A DNA stretch of 63,073 nucleotides, filler included, from Bilabrum cf. latius (lineage: Eukaryota): assembly GCA_965178125.1 (NCBI GenBank). It is 2 parts of 2 records of this genome, joined end to end, with 100 filler letters (N's around TTAATTAATTAA, not from the genome) between each part and the next. Parts side by side here need not be neighbours in the genome. Positions count along the whole stretch, not along the records: positions 1 to 31,613 come from CBCXTV010000015.1; 1 more part is not named here. One strand, 5' to 3'. Each line of letters begins with the position of its first letter. Positions within the stretch are counted from its first letter, which is position 1. Positions 12,001 through 24,739 of the stretch are shown here, in pieces. The position numbers and the translations under genes were made by a program. The notes beneath the pieces are model-generated. The model was not told the origin of the DNA. It did no database searches and was given only the letters and a program-made list of their open reading frames with translations.

Positions 12001-15000
12001 GCACATGCCCCTGGTGTAGAAGGCCCGACGCCGCCGCCGCGACCGAAATGCATGCCGCCGCCACCGAAATCCATGCCGCCGCAGCCATCGAAATCAATGC
12101 CGCCGCTGCCGAGCTCCGTCTCGCCAACCCACCGTCACTTTCAATCAAATCTGCTGGAATTTCCAGCGCTGTGCGGGAACGCGAGATTGAGAACGCGCAC
12201 CTCCGAGGAATTCCTGTTCGAGACATTCCCCTGGTTTTGACCCAGCACTGGTGATTGAGGCCACAGCGGCGGTCGAGCGGGTGGCTGCAGCAACGGCGGC
12301 CGAGTCCGCAACGGCGGCGGTTACGGCAGGGACCCCGCAAACTCTCTACTGGAAACCGAACGCCAGGTTTGCTGGGTGGAGACCCCAGAACCCTTGGCCA
12401 TGAAACCTTGCCATAGAAGGAAGGAGAGGCTCTTCGGTTTTATGACTCGGGGATACGAAGAGCTGGGAATAGCGGGCGAGCAGAAGTCCGGCCAGCCGGC
12501 CACCGAAATCCACGCCGCCGCCGCCATCGAAATCCATGCCGCCGCCACCGAAATCCATGCCGCCGCCGCCACCGAAATCCATGCCGCCGTCACCACCGAA
12601 ATCCATGCTCGCGCCACACATGCCGCTGGTGTAGCAGGCATGCGCGTTGGACACATGCCTCCGGCGCCGCACGGCTTGATCTGGGAGCGGTTGCTCGAGG
12701 CCACCATGCCGGCTCCAGTGGAGGAGGACTCGCGCGGCTGCTCTCCCCCTAGGAGTCCCGGCCTCCTGATCGAGGCTGAGCTCCGAGGATAGGAAGAGCT
12801 GGGAATAGCGGGCGGGCAGGAGTCCGGCCAGCCGGCCACATGAACGTCTTGTTATGCGACAACGAAAGAGGTGGGCTTCCTGCAGCACGACTTCCGCTGC
12901 AAGGGGATCAGCCCCACGTTCCGCGCCGCCTTCGCCGCAGCGTTGGGCGCCGAAACCGCTGGCGCCACATCTACGCGACGACGCTGGCCATGGAACCTCG
13001 GCAAAGTGAAAGGAACGGCGCTTTCGGCACTTGGAATAACCGAGCCAGGCGCCGTTCACAGTTACGGGTCCGGTGCATGAAACGAGGCTGGAGCTCTTGG
13101 CCACCTTGGGCCAAGGATTGGCTATGAGGGTTGGGTGCAAGGGTCCTCGTGCCGCTCTGGCTTTCGTTGCCGCGAAGTGGTCGAAAAACGGCCGTTTTGG
13201 GGCGCGGACTGGCGCCTCGCGACCTGTGGGACCTATGGCTCCGGTACGAGAAACGGACGGGAAGCGAACGACAACACCGGGGCCGGGTGGCGGGGCACGA
13301 ACTGCAAACGGACGGGAAACGAGCGGCAGGACCAGCAAGGCGGAGACGGGCAGGAGGCGGACTGGCCATGGAACATCTGCAGGGAAAGAAGGAACGGCGC
13401 TTTCGGCACTTGGACTCCCCTGCCCACCGGAAGGAATTGGTCTTCTTCGCCACCCACCGATGCTGGCCTCCCAAGCATTCCCGCAGCTGGCCCATATAAT
13501 ACAACGTCATCGCCGAGCTCGGGAAGACCAAGCAGAAAGTGTTCTGCGAAATGTTCAAGTTCAGCCGGCGGCCGCCGAGGGCAGTGAGTGAGCCACGCCG
13601 GCCGGCATACTCGCGGCCATTCTACTTCTGTACGACTTTCCGCGGCTCGTCTAGAGGCGGACGGACCACTTGAGCTCTCAAGGCGGACTCCGAAAGCTCT
13701 TTTGAACAGCGGTCCAGGAATACCTCGCACAGCCGACATTGTTCCAAAGCCTGCGCTGCAAAGGCCTCGCCGACGTCCTAATCCAACGCGACAGCTTCTT
13801 ATAAAACCGGTTGTACACCACAATTGGAAACAAAACATCCCTAGCAGAGGCGTCAGGCAGGGGACCACTCGACCGCGGCGAACGGCTCGCGTCTCGAGGG
13901 CCACCAATAGCGTCGTCTGGTGGATGGTTCTACGGCGCCTTCCGACGAGTCGGAATTCCTCCTCGTTTAGGTAGTATACGAGAGCCGGGTGACGCGGAGA
14001 GCAGGTGGAAAAAAAAACGCACTGGTGAATGGTAGGTCCCCACGACCTGTTGGCGTCCCCCCTTTCGAGCACACCTTTCGGGGCCAAAACCCGCCCCGCG
14101 AAGCGTCCCGACGAACTGTTGGCGACCCCCTCTTCGAGCACACCTTTCGGACTAAAATCCAGCCCCGAAAACAAGCCCGCCCAAGGGCGCTTTGCGTCAC
14201 TCTACTGTGGGGTCCTCGAGGGGCCCAAAAAACGAACCGGGGACGGCCCCGAAAAGGGTCGCGACCGGGCCCGCCCTGTGGTCCCTGCAATAGGAAGAGC
14301 TGGGAATGGCGGCCCGCGGGCTTGTTGCGACTGGAGCGTCAAAGTCGACAAGGTCCCAGAAGACGCGGAGAGCAGGTGGAAAAAAAACGCACTGGTGAAT
14401 GGTAGGTCCCCACGACCTGTTGGCGTCCCCCCTTTCGAGCACACCTTTCGGGGCCAAAACTCGCCCCGCGAAGCGTCCCCACGAACTGTTGGCGACTCCG
14501 TCTTTCGAACACACCTTTCGGGACTAAAATCCAGCCCCGAAAACAAGCCCGCCCCAGGGCGCTTTGCGTCACTCTACTGTGGGTCCTCGAGGGGCCCAAA
14601 AAAACGAACCGGGGACGGGCCCGAAAAAGCGTCGCAACCGGGCCCCGCCCTGTGATCCCTGCGATAGGAAGAGCCGGGAATGGCGGCCCGCGGGCCTGCT
14701 GCGACTGGAGCGTCAAAGTCGACAAGGTCCCAGAAAGGATGCGGTGCCACCTGGCCCAACACGACCTGGTTGTACTAGGCGTGCGCGGCGCTACGCGGAG
14801 TTTGAGGTGCCGATCAGTTTCCTCTGCAACCGCTACGCCACCTGGACCCCTTCCTCACAGAGAGACGCCCGACCCTTGCCACGCAGAGAGATGCCGACGG
14901 CGCGCTGCCAGCGGAGGCACAGTGGGCGAAGCGGACCCGGACATCCTCGAGACCCTGGAGAAATCAAGGCCGGCGCCATCGAAATCCATGCCGCCGCCGC

Positions 15001-16899
15001 CATCGAAATCCATTATTCTGCCGGAAAGTCAGTGGTATCCATTGGGCAGTGCCGGATGTTGTCTTTGGCGCGGTCTGTCGCGTACGAGGCGGCGTGCGCG
15101 GCGCTACGCGGAGCTGAAGATGCGATCAGCTTCCTCTGCAACCGCCACGCCAAGTGGACCCCTGCCACCAAAGAGACACCCGACCCCTGCCACACAGAGA
15201 GATGCCGACGGCGCGCTGCCAACGGAAGCATATGCCCCTGGTGTAGAAGGCCCGACGCCGCCGCCGCCACCGAAATGCATGCCGCCGCCACCGAAATCCA
15301 CGCCGCCGCAGCCATCGAAATCCATGCCGCCGCCACCGAAATCCATGCCGCCGCCGCCACCGAAATCCATGCCGCCGCCAGCGAAATGCATGCCGCCGCC
15401 ACCGAAATCCATGCCGCCGCAGGCACAGACATCCGGCCGCGATCTCCCTGCGAGGCCCCGGCCTCCTGATCGAGGCTGAGCGCGGACGATAGGAAGAGCT
15501 GGGAATGGCACGCGAACGTCGAGGTGTGACGCGGGCACTTTCCACGGAGCAAGGCGCATTCGGTGTCCATGTGCCGGAGCGAAACCATTTCGGGGATACG
15601 TGCGGATGAGGCTGGCCGATGCAGAATGAATGGATATCATCGAGCGCACGGCCTCGCTTGCCGCACCCGTTCTTCTACGCCGGATCCTATGAACAACTAT
15701 GTCACACGATCGTCGGCGCAAGTAATCGCACCACATCTCGGTAGCCAACGCAGCTGTACAAAGCCCTCACAGAGAGACTAGACGAGGCTGGCCGATGCAA
15801 AATGAATGATATCATCGAGCCCCCGGCCTCGTTTGCCGCACCCGTTATTCTACGCCGCGGCGTAGATTCGGCGAGAGCGAGCTGCAACCGCCGAGAGCGG
15901 TACTACAGCTCCGTCTCGCCAACCCACCGTCACTTTCAATCAAATCCGCTGGAATTTCCAGCGCTGTGCGGGAACGCGAGATTGAGAACTGAGTGAGCCA
16001 CGCCGGCCGGCATACTCGCGGCCATTCTACTTCTGTACGACTTTCCGCGGCTCGTCTAGAGGCGGACGGACCGCTTGAGCTCTCAAGGCGGACTCCGAAA
16101 GCTCTTCGAACAGCGGTCCAGGAATACCTCGCACAGCCGACATTGTTCCAAAGCCTGCGCTGCGAAGGCCTCGCCGACGTCCTAATCCAACGCGACAGCT
16201 TCTTATAAAACCGGTTTGTACACCACAATTGGAAACGAAACATCCCTAGCAAAGGCGTCAGGCAGGGGACCACTCGACAGCGGCGAACGGCTCGCGTCTC
16301 GAAGGCCACCAATAGCGTCGTCTGGTGGATCGCTCTACGGCGCCTTCCGACGAGTCGGAATTCCTCCTCGTTTAGGTAGTATACGAGAGCCGAGTGACGC
16401 GGAGAGGAGGTGGAAAAAAAAAACGCACTGGTGAATGGTAGGCCCCCCAAGACCTATGGCGTCCCCCCTTTCGAGCACACCTTTCCGGGCCAAAACCCGC
16501 CCCGCGAAGCGTCCCGACGAAACTGTTGGCGACCCCCTCTTTCGAGCACACCTTTCGGGACTAAAATCCAGCCCCGAAAACAAGCCCGCCCAAGGGCGCT
16601 TTACGTCACTCTACTGTGGGGTCCTCGAGGGGCCCAAAAAACGAACCGGGGACGGCCCCGAAAAGGGGGTCGCGACCGGGGTCCGCCCTGTGGTCCCTGC
16701 AATAGGAAGAGCTGGGAATGGCGGCCCGCGGGCTTGCTGCGACTGGAGCGTCAAAGTCGACAAGGTCCCAGAAGACGCGGAGAGCAGGTGGAAAAAAAAA
16801 ACGCACTGGTGAATGGTAGGTCCCCACGACCTGTTGGCGTCCCCCCTTTCGAGCACACCTTTCGGAGCCAAAACTCGCCCCGCGAAGCGTCCCCACGAA

Positions 16900-16950
16900 C
16901 TGTAGGGTTTCACCTTTTTCCGGGAAAGTTGCGGCCATATTCCGTCCGCC
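16900..16950. repeat. Imperfect terminal inverted repeat of element A (pairs with ~30405-30456 and ~5445-5495)
   Basis: About 45 bp imperfect inverted match, beginning exactly where the 5.7 kb repeat is interrupted. Confidence 0.75.
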
Positions 16951-17599
16951 TAAATACAAAGCCCGAATTGTCCCCCAAAATCGAGTGCAAATCAAAGCCA
17001 TCGCGGACGCCAACCACAACATCAGTAGCCCAACAACCAATCATGGCGGACATCGCGCTCAATAGGGACGTCCGCCATAGGCTCTTGTCAAGTCACTTCA
17101 TGTTCTTGGTAGCGTCAGCGACAGGTGCTTTGTGCACTCGACCACATAGGGGATTTTCGGGTCGATTTTGGCGGCAAGTCTGTAAGCACAAATGTCTCGA
17201 CGAACGAGGGACAGCGTACCGTCACACACCAAACGAGTCGAGTGTGACCCAGAAATCTCACAACAGAATGTCAGAATCACGACGCATAGCGAGATCATGT
17301 CTCATGGGTTCCGAACAGCACCGTAACACGAACACGGAACCGAAAGCTCATAGGTACAAGTTTCCGGACCACGTTTAGCCCACTGATAGAACCAAACAAC
17401 GTTTCAAAAAAAAACAGGCCACACAAGAATGATCCACATGCTCAACGAACCAATGGCGACCGAGGTTCACCTTCCGAGCAATTCGGACTTGCACTGTGAC
17501 ACATAATCGGCATATCTTCCGAACATCGAGACGCCCATGTAATAGTTTTCCAGACAAGATCATAAAAGAAAGGTATGTGGTGAGTCATTCTAACATACT

Positions 17600-18334
17600 A
17601 TGACCAAATCTGATCCATCCCGCCCACCTAGGCCCAAAATTGCCCCAAAAAACCGGAATTTGTCATGTTTCAAACGGCTGCAGCTTCTTCTCGATCTCCA
17701 ACTCCGACGGATGCGGCGGAGGCCTAGGGTCGTCTGGTCGAACGCAAGCCCTCCTCCGTTTCAACGCAGCGAGCACGCCGCGATTCTTTGTGTCCAGGCG
17801 CGGCCGACGCTCGTGACGAGATTCACGCGGGCAATATGTTTGGGCATTTGTGGGTCTCGCACAGTGGCGATGGGATCCCCCTGGAACGACGCATGGGGAG
17901 CCTTCTGCTCGCAAATCGACACGTTCGGCGTCGAGCGCAACTACGTCCGCACAGCATGCGGCTGCAGGACAAGCCCGGCTACGATACAAGCTACGGGGAA
18001 CGGAGACCACCGGGACACAGTGGGGAACGTCATCGCTTGTCGTGACCCCCCTTCTTGGTGTGCTTGGCGGACGCGCGGCCTCCCGACGCCCTGGAGCACC
18101 CGATATACCGAACGTACGTGCTCCAAAGGACGTCGGAGCTTTAGCAACGACGGGCTGAAACGCCGGAGGCTCTCCAAGGAGCTCTCTTTTCCCACACGAG
18201 GTGACGATGGGTTGGTGCATGACGCTGATGATGGGAATGTGTTCTTGTGTGTACGTCTCAGAGGGAAAAACCGAACATCCCAAGATCAACGCCCGAAGAC
18301 GCAACCTCTTCAGAGGTATCTACCGAACTTATGA
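17600..18334 (+). CDS. Hypothetical protein (uncertain)
   Basis: 244 aa ORF inside element A, antisense to the other genes. No motif or homolog seen in B. Confidence 0.2.
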   Translation: MTKSDPSRPPRPKIAPKNRNLSCFKRLQLLLDLQLRRMRRRPRVVWSNASPPPFQRSEHAAILCVQARPTLVTRFTRAICLGICGSRTVAMGSPWNDAWGAFCSQIDTFGVERNYVRTACGCRTSPATIQATGNGDHRDTVGNVIACRDPPSWCAWRTRGLPTPWSTRYTERTCSKGRRSFSNDGLKRRRLSKELSFPTRGDDGLVHDADDGNVFLCVRLRGKNRTSQDQRPKTQPLQRYLPNL

Positions 18335-19047
18335 TCTCGTAAGGGAAACTATCAAATGGGCGCCAAAGTGCTCTACCAATCGGACACAAATCTTCCAAAC
18401 ACTAGGATGCATTGTGCGTTCGACAAAATGTGCCAATAAAAACCTGTCGCTATCGAGATGCCTCGCATGAGGCATTGGACATCCAACAATGACCTGCCCT
18501 TCACAACGCACCGTTCGAAGCGACGGACATCACTTCACAGACACACGCAGGACGAAATAGACAGCGTTGAAATCATGATCACTCAGAATGTCCCAAAGGC
18601 GCACTATATCGATGAAACGCACCATGCTGGGCAGGAAAACGCTCTGAGGGTCAGCATATTCACTTGATTTCCCTTCCTCTCTTTTTCCTTTTTTCTCTCG
18701 AACATCGGCACACGCGAACGCAGGGCATACCGCCCAACGAATGAAAGGCAACAAACCACCTCCGAAAAAAAAAGACTGGCTCTACCCACTGACAGACAGC
18801 ATTTCCTACCAGCGCACAAACAGAAAAAGCGAGCACAAACACAGGACCCAAGATTTCGGGAACACAACGCCCGAAATACTCCGCGGACTGCGGAGCTGTA
18901 GGAAGAAAAACCGCGCGAAACAAGAATGAAGGAAAAAGAACGCCGAAGTGTGACGCATATATCCTAATCCAACAATACGTACCAGATGGTAAAGCGTGCA
19001 CGATGAAAATAAAAACGCAAATCACCTGAACAATTCTCGCTGCATAC

Positions 19048-20641
19048 TTATGACTGGGACAGCCACAGGGGTTCCCGGACGTGGATCAACACCGAATTGA
19101 CTTCGAGCCACTGTCTCTCCACATCGCCGATCTCTGCGATGTGCACGTCCCACGAATTCGCAGTAGCCACCATGCGTACGGCATGTAGCCACTTGGAATA
19201 CGCGTAAATATTGGTGCTCGACTGCCCCAATCGTATGCTCTCTGCGGGTGATTGCAGCACCCGTCTGTTCGATAGCACAAATTGAGGAGTCGCCTCATCG
19301 AGCACGATTAAATCGTGAAATCCGGGGCGGAATCCACGTAATTCCGGCTCCACCGCGTGACCGCAGTCCACCCAAAAATGGTTTCGAGTGGGGGACAGAG
19401 ATTTGGCAAACTCTGATTTGCCGACTTGAGATGGACCGAGCAAAACTAAGAAGGTATATCGGTGCTGCACACGAGCGAATTGTTCGCACCACTGTACTAC
19501 CTCTGGAATCACACGAAAAGGTTGCAAGCTCGAAGACAAAATCCGGCGAACCCGTTCCTGCTCGTCGGTGAGCCATGATTCCGCGCGCAACTGGGCACCA
19601 CACACAGCGTCCAAATTCGCAACAATGTTCGTCACATTCTTGGCACACGCGATGACTAATGTACGCGCCACATCAAGCGTGACCTTCGACGCCTGTACAA
19701 GCGTCAGGATCTGATCCGGCTGTACACTGTAATCCACAAACGGTTGGACAGTCCCACTCGAAACTATCTGTCCGATTTTCGGAGCTTGCACGTAGAACAT
19801 CATACGCTGAAACGCACGCACCCTACTTGAAACCGCCGCCCAGCGATTGCACGCCGAAAGCACGGGGTCAGAGCCCAAGAAACCTCGCTCGGCTTCGTCG
19901 CTCCGGGCGTCCGGCCGGAGAATCATCGCAACATGAAAATGCACGCGCGCCACTGGAGGATGCGCCACGTAAGACTGGCCGCACATCTCCGCAGACCAGA
20001 CCCAATCCGCAGCGGACACATCGGAGGCGTATTGCTTCATACGCGCAACAAATCGATCGCGCAGTGACCCAAACCAAGATGAACCACGCAGCACCGCAAC
20101 CGCGAGCTCTAATCTCGGAGGCAGCACTTCATGCGGAAACGTCTGCAAGGGAACCACACCCCACGGGCCGTTGTATGTCAGGAGACACGCGTGGCGCAGT
20201 CCTCCTCTCTTACCCTTCGGATTTCGCAACACCCCACGACGCGCACCAGACGCAAGCGAACGCGCTAAACCCACTTCCTCCTCTGTGAGATCGTGGCTGC
20301 TTAACAAGAAGGCTGTGACCAACGATCGCTGAGCAGATGACAGGGCCTCCCCTGAGGCACGCCGTAAGCCGACATTGTTCCAAAGCCTGCGCTGCGAAGG
20401 CCTCGCCGACGTCCTAATCCAACGCGACAGCTTCTTATAAAACGGTTGTACACCACAATTGGAAACGAAACATCCCTAGCAGAGGCGTCAGGCAGGGACC
20501 ACTCGACCGCGGCGAACGGCTCGCGTCTCGAGGGCCACCAATAGCGTCGTCTGGTGGATGCACCGACGACCGCGCATCCGGCTGCCACGGTTGCTTCCGA
20601 CGCAATCGCACCCGATGCTGCGCGGCTCGCAGCGGTAGCAT
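19048..20641 (-). CDS. rep: Rolling-circle replication initiator: HUH endonuclease + SF3 helicase, gemini/genomovirus-like
   Basis: Motif I LLTYN, motif II VHFHV, motif III FYVQAPK, Walker A GPSQVGKS, Walker B IVLDE, motif C VATAN, C-terminal WLEVNSVLIHVREPLW. The N-terminus extends to ATG 20641 after correcting two 1-bp deletions; this is supported by the captured fragments and by homology to B Rep. Confidence 0.9.
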
Positions 20642-21252
20642 GCTGGTGAGTGTTCCGTCCACTTTCAAAACTCCACTCGCCTCACATTCTCAGCCGAACC
20701 AAAGCTACATAATCACCTCGGAAACACGGGTCCTCCTCTCATGCATACGCCCTGTCAATTCCCAAAGCTGCCAATCCTCAGAGCGGGAACTCGTGCACAT
20801 TTCTGACAAGATGCTTCAATGTACTTGCAACGCGCCCGGCATCCTTACGGGCCACACGCCTTGCCAAAGCATTGCTGACCTTCCTGACGGCACTCTTCTA
20901 CAACCCGTTCGCACACTGCTACGCACTCAATGTTCATCGACAATCAGCCCATCCCAAACACCATCACGAATGCTGAATTCTGAATGTCATGAATGAAAAC
21001 CCTGACATGCCATTCCTTCCAATTTCTCTCGCACCTTCTGGGAAATGCATAGTCATACACACACACCACACTCTTTCTCTCAACTTCCACACACCCCCGA
21101 CACAGTCAGAATACCAACCACGGGCACCCCTCAATGCTTGGAAGCGAATATATCGGGAATCGAGTTCTTGGGGGTCGCAATCTTCGCCGCAAGATGTGCT
21201 TCTCGGGCGACCATGTGCGTTCCTGGGTATCCATTCTTGTGCGTATCCTCTC

Positions 21253-21358
21253 TTCCAGCTTGGAGGGCCCCGGGGAGAGAGGAGAGTGTTTTCACTAGGT
21301 AATATTAAAACCTCTCCGACAGTCTCCCCACTCTTCCACTCTCCCCGGAAAGCTGGAA
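21253..21358 (-). other. Putative rolling-circle origin: hairpin with TAATATTAC at the apex
   Basis: Minus strand reads AGGTTTTAATATTACCT (nonamer 21299-21307). Outer arms are TTCCAGCTT..CCGGGGAGAGAGGAGAGTG and CACTCTTCCACTCTCCCCGGAAAGCTGGAA. Lies upstream of Rep. Confidence 0.7.
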
Positions 21359-22209
21359 TCGCATAACAATATGGGGGAAAGCACAAAAATTGGGCCAATT
21401 TGTGGGGAGAGAAATCGGGGGTGAATCCTGCATATAAAGCAGGGTGTTTTATCTTGGGATGTGGGTGGTTCAGAAGCCTAGGTTTGGGGGGGGGGGGGTT
21501 GAACAGGGGGTCTGAGAAGCAAACGGGATGTTTCATATGCGATTGAGGGGGGTGAAGGGGGTTCTGATGTGGCGGGATATGGATTTGGGTAAATCAATGG
21601 CGTGGGAGAGGTGCTTCGGGTTGCTGTGGGGGCTCCGGGATTTGGGGGTGAGGGTCCAGGGTGGCAAGGGGGCGTAGGGCTTGCGGGTTTTTTTTTTGGG
21701 GGGGGGGGGGTAGGGAGGGGGCAGGGGGACGACAGGTTCAGAAGGGTTCCAGACTCATGTGTGGGATGCGGGGGATTTCAAGGTTTTCGCAGTCCGTCGC
21801 AGAAGGCGGCGGTTCTGAATGAACCTATTCCATGGTCTTCGAGTCTCTCTTTTTCTTTCGCACTCTTCTTGGGGTTTGCATGTGTCTGCGGTCTGCGATG
21901 TGTGCAACTAACTTCTGCTGAGCTATTCGCCCAACGATTGCCTGTTCGCGGCTGTCCATTGTGGCAAGCCCTTTCGGCTCTCGGGCTCTTGGCCCTGCCT
22001 TTCGAACAGACTGCGCGATCGCACTGCATGCAAAAAGAGACATGGGCAAGATTGAATTTGGTCGTCGCTCATGGCTCCGATGTGGACGATGTCGTGGCGC
22101 CGCAACCTCAGATTCACTTTTGCACGACTGCACACGATGTCTCGAATACTGGACTTAAGTGGTTTGCTTCTCTCCTTTAGGGCTTCTGGTCACGGCGATC
22201 TGGATTATT

Positions 22210-22662
22210 TCACGCGCGAAAAAGCTTCCCTATTGTGCTTATCTGGTTTTTTCGAGAGCCTGAGGTCGTCGTAGACGACGATGAAGCGCCGCCCGGCTCT
22301 GTTTTGGTGTCGGTCTCGCGCATGCGCAAGACTTGCAGGAGGTCCTCATCTGACAGCCGCCGCGCCTGCTTCTTCAAGCGCGTCCGCCTCTTCTCTGCAT
22401 TCCGGAGACCCTTGTTCAAACGCTTGCGTTCCATCTGCATGCGCATCTGTACAGCTTTCATCTCGGTAATTCGTTCGCTCAGGGACGGCGTTCCTCCGGT
22501 CGCCGTTGCAGCAGGATGACCTACCTCGGGCTGCTGGGTCCTCGATTGGTCCTCGGTTGCAGGCGCCGTCGCACGAGTGGTGGACCCGGGAGATGTCGAC
22601 CCCGTGGTAGGCGGCGTACAGTCGAGGTCGTCGCGGACAACGTCGCGCTCGCCGTCGGACAT
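22210..22662 (-). CDS. Small basic coiled-coil protein overlapping transposase 3' end
   Basis: ERKRLNKGLRNAEKRRTRLKKQARRLSDEDLLQVLRMRE is homologous to B ERKRVTKDLRNHEKRRRRLKANARRLSNDDLAEVMLMRE, with the same overlap geometry. Confidence 0.8.
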   Translation of the reverse strand: MSDGERDVVRDDLDCTPPTTGSTSPGSTTRATAPATEDQSRTQQPEVGHPAATATGGTPSLSERITEMKAVQMRMQMERKRLNKGLRNAEKRRTRLKKQARRLSDEDLLQVLRMRETDTKTEPGGASSSSTTTSGSRKNQISTIGKLFRA

Positions 22663-24543
22663 CTGTGCGGCTCTGCTGGAACGGAAAGCGAGGCCGCCGA
22701 TGTGGATGCAGGGCAGACGGGGTCCTCCGCAATCCTATTCGAACCTCGTGACTGCGCTGCGGCTCTTTCAGACGTTTCCCAAACGAGAGGCACATGGAAC
22801 CACCAACCGAGCGGAAGGGGATGTCGATTTGTGGTGCAGATCTGTACCTCCTGAAGAGTGGGCAACGTACATGGGACAACGAGGCGTTCGTGAAATCTCA
22901 AGCGTTTACGGACGCGGGCACCGATTTCTTCCTGTCGGCCGCCGAAGCCGCACGAACGGAAGGCGTGTTTCCAATCCGAGCTGTTCAGGATGTGCCGCGC
23001 GCACTGCCCCCAAAGATTGATGATGTCGCGGAACTGTACTTCTGCAGACGGTGGTGATTCGCGCAACACTTCCAAGGCGTCTCGGGCTGCCGCCTTCACG
23101 CGCTGGAAAACATGCGTATCTAGCGGCTGCAAGATGCCCGTCATCTTCCGCGGGATGAAGACGATGCCAATGTTTGCTCGACCGCAAGCCTGTGCAACTT
23201 GGGGGGTTAGATGTGTCGGACAGCCGTCGAGGGACAAGAGAAAAGTGCATGAGGCCATAAATGGTTCGAGGTGTCGTCGCAGTTCCGCGATAATTCCTGT
23301 GATGTCACGACTAGTACACCAAGCGCTTGCACGACGCCGTACGTACACCAGGGTCTCCGTCTCGGACTGCTGGAAGAATGTCGCATCCGTAATACGACAT
23401 GTATGTCGGTTGGCGAAAATCCATAATGGAAGACGGCGTTGCACCTCAGGGGCATCTGCGAGGAGAAGACCAAGCATGATGTTGAAGCGCGTTGTTGTCG
23501 TAGGGATACGGGTGCACCATAGTCCAGCCGTGTGGTATCGTCCTTCCCGTCCCCGCGCGCTATGTAGCCAATTCGCGGAGGCAGCCACATGGGGGAAGGC
23601 CGTCTCGTCGAAGTTCAGATGCACGATGGACTTGTCCCTGGGGGCACGTGCCTCCAGGCAATTCACCCACTTCCACATGGCGAGCGCCTTGCGTGTGAGC
23701 GGTGTGGGGTTTCCGCGGGACGGACTGGCGGCGGGAATTTGGCGGCCGGTTGTCGGCCTCCCGTTTTAGTATTACGTGTTTATGGCGGGGCAATTTTGGA
23801 GGCCGGATTTTGGCGCCGATTTCGGTCCCGGACAGGGCGGGCCCGTGGCGGATTTTGGCCCGACTGGGGCTGGATTTTGGGCCCTCTGACGCCTTCGCCT
23901 GCGCGGTCTCCAGAGGCAATGCGCACCCCGGTCGGAGAAGTCCGCGACGCACTCTCATGCGCCTGCACCAGCGCCGGCACCACTGTCGATTTCTGGGAGA
24001 AATGGCCGCGGTGTGTGCGTGGGCGATTGGCGACCGGCTCGATTCGCCTTCGCAGTGGATGACGTCCCGTATATGGATCAAGCGTTTCGTGGTGGGCGCT
24101 TGGCCGACCACACGGTTTTGCTGTTGCACCCAGTACAGCAACTTCACATCCTGCAGGTGCTTCTGTGCATGTGTACGGCGTCTCATCCACCAAATGTCTG
24201 CAGTTGTGTCATGACGAAACGTCATCTCTTCGCATGCCTCGAATGTGATTCAGAGCTGTCTCCACAACTTCAGGTGATGCGGCTAAGTTTGGTCGTTTGT
24301 GCTCGATGAAATGACGTACGGCTTCCTCAGACCAACCATGGAGATGGAAAAGCACCGCAGCAGTATCTCGAAGTCCGGCGGCATAGCGCGGCTACGTCCC
24401 GAAGTCGCCGATTCGGATGAGGACATGCCCATATTTTCAAGTTTCCGGCTTTCTCGACGGAGTCGTGAAATCTCCTCCGTCAGCTCTCGCAGTCGTGCTT
24501 TGTCGGTTGCCATGGCCCCGCGTTTCAGATCAGGTGAGGCCAC
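22521..24543 (-). CDS. pogo-like DD35D transposase, 2 exons (intron 23688-23892), with several indels
   Basis: NFDET, LSLDGCPTH and ILQPLDTH, with 35 residues between the last two Asp. Exon 1 pieces (LRDTAAVL, WVQQQNRVVGQAPTT, QWCRRWCRR) match B. Frameshifts are errors or decay. Start is approximate. Confidence 0.85.
23688..23892 (-). other. GC-AG intron in transposase
   Basis: AAG|GCGTC...CGCAAG|GCG joins ETAQAK to ALAMWKW. Same position and phase as the GT-AG intron in B. Confidence 0.75.
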
Positions 24544-24739
24544 GAACGTAGGGGCGGCGCAATGTCACAAGCTTACGCGAAGGATCCCCGAAATATGGCT
24601 GCAAAAACACTGAATGTCAAGTCATGGAAGTCTGGCATCTGAGTGTTACGTGGATTCTTTGGTCATTTTTCTGGAGCGGTGCACTCATGTGCAGCCTCAT
24701 GACCAACTTCTTTACAGACAACTCGATTGGCAACCCACT

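Larger units (their letters stand above)
5493..16902. repeat. Two tandem copies of a ~5.7 kb mosaic repeat unit (5493-11196, 11197-16899)
   Basis: CTGTTGGCGACCCCGTCTTTCG occurs at 5493 and 11197, and the unit end CCCCACGAA|CTG at 11196 and 16899. The ORF track is duplicated with a ~5702-5704 offset. Confidence 0.92.

Noticed and set aside
16900-16906. TA target-site duplication (TA|GGG...CCC|TA) as expected for pogo
   Set aside because: The empty site GAACTGTTGG has no TA and B ends have AA/TC at those positions. A CTG core fits better, though TA is not excluded.
19048-20641. Classification as a Helitron or as a simple endogenous geminivirus
   Set aside because: The helicase is SF3 rather than Pif1, no capsid or movement protein is recognisable, and the unit is ~13.6 kb with TIRs and a transposase.
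21400-21790. G-run-rich stretch and ORFs 20964-21536 and 21602-22180
   Set aside because: Looks like low-quality or low-complexity sequence; there are no homologous ORFs in B.
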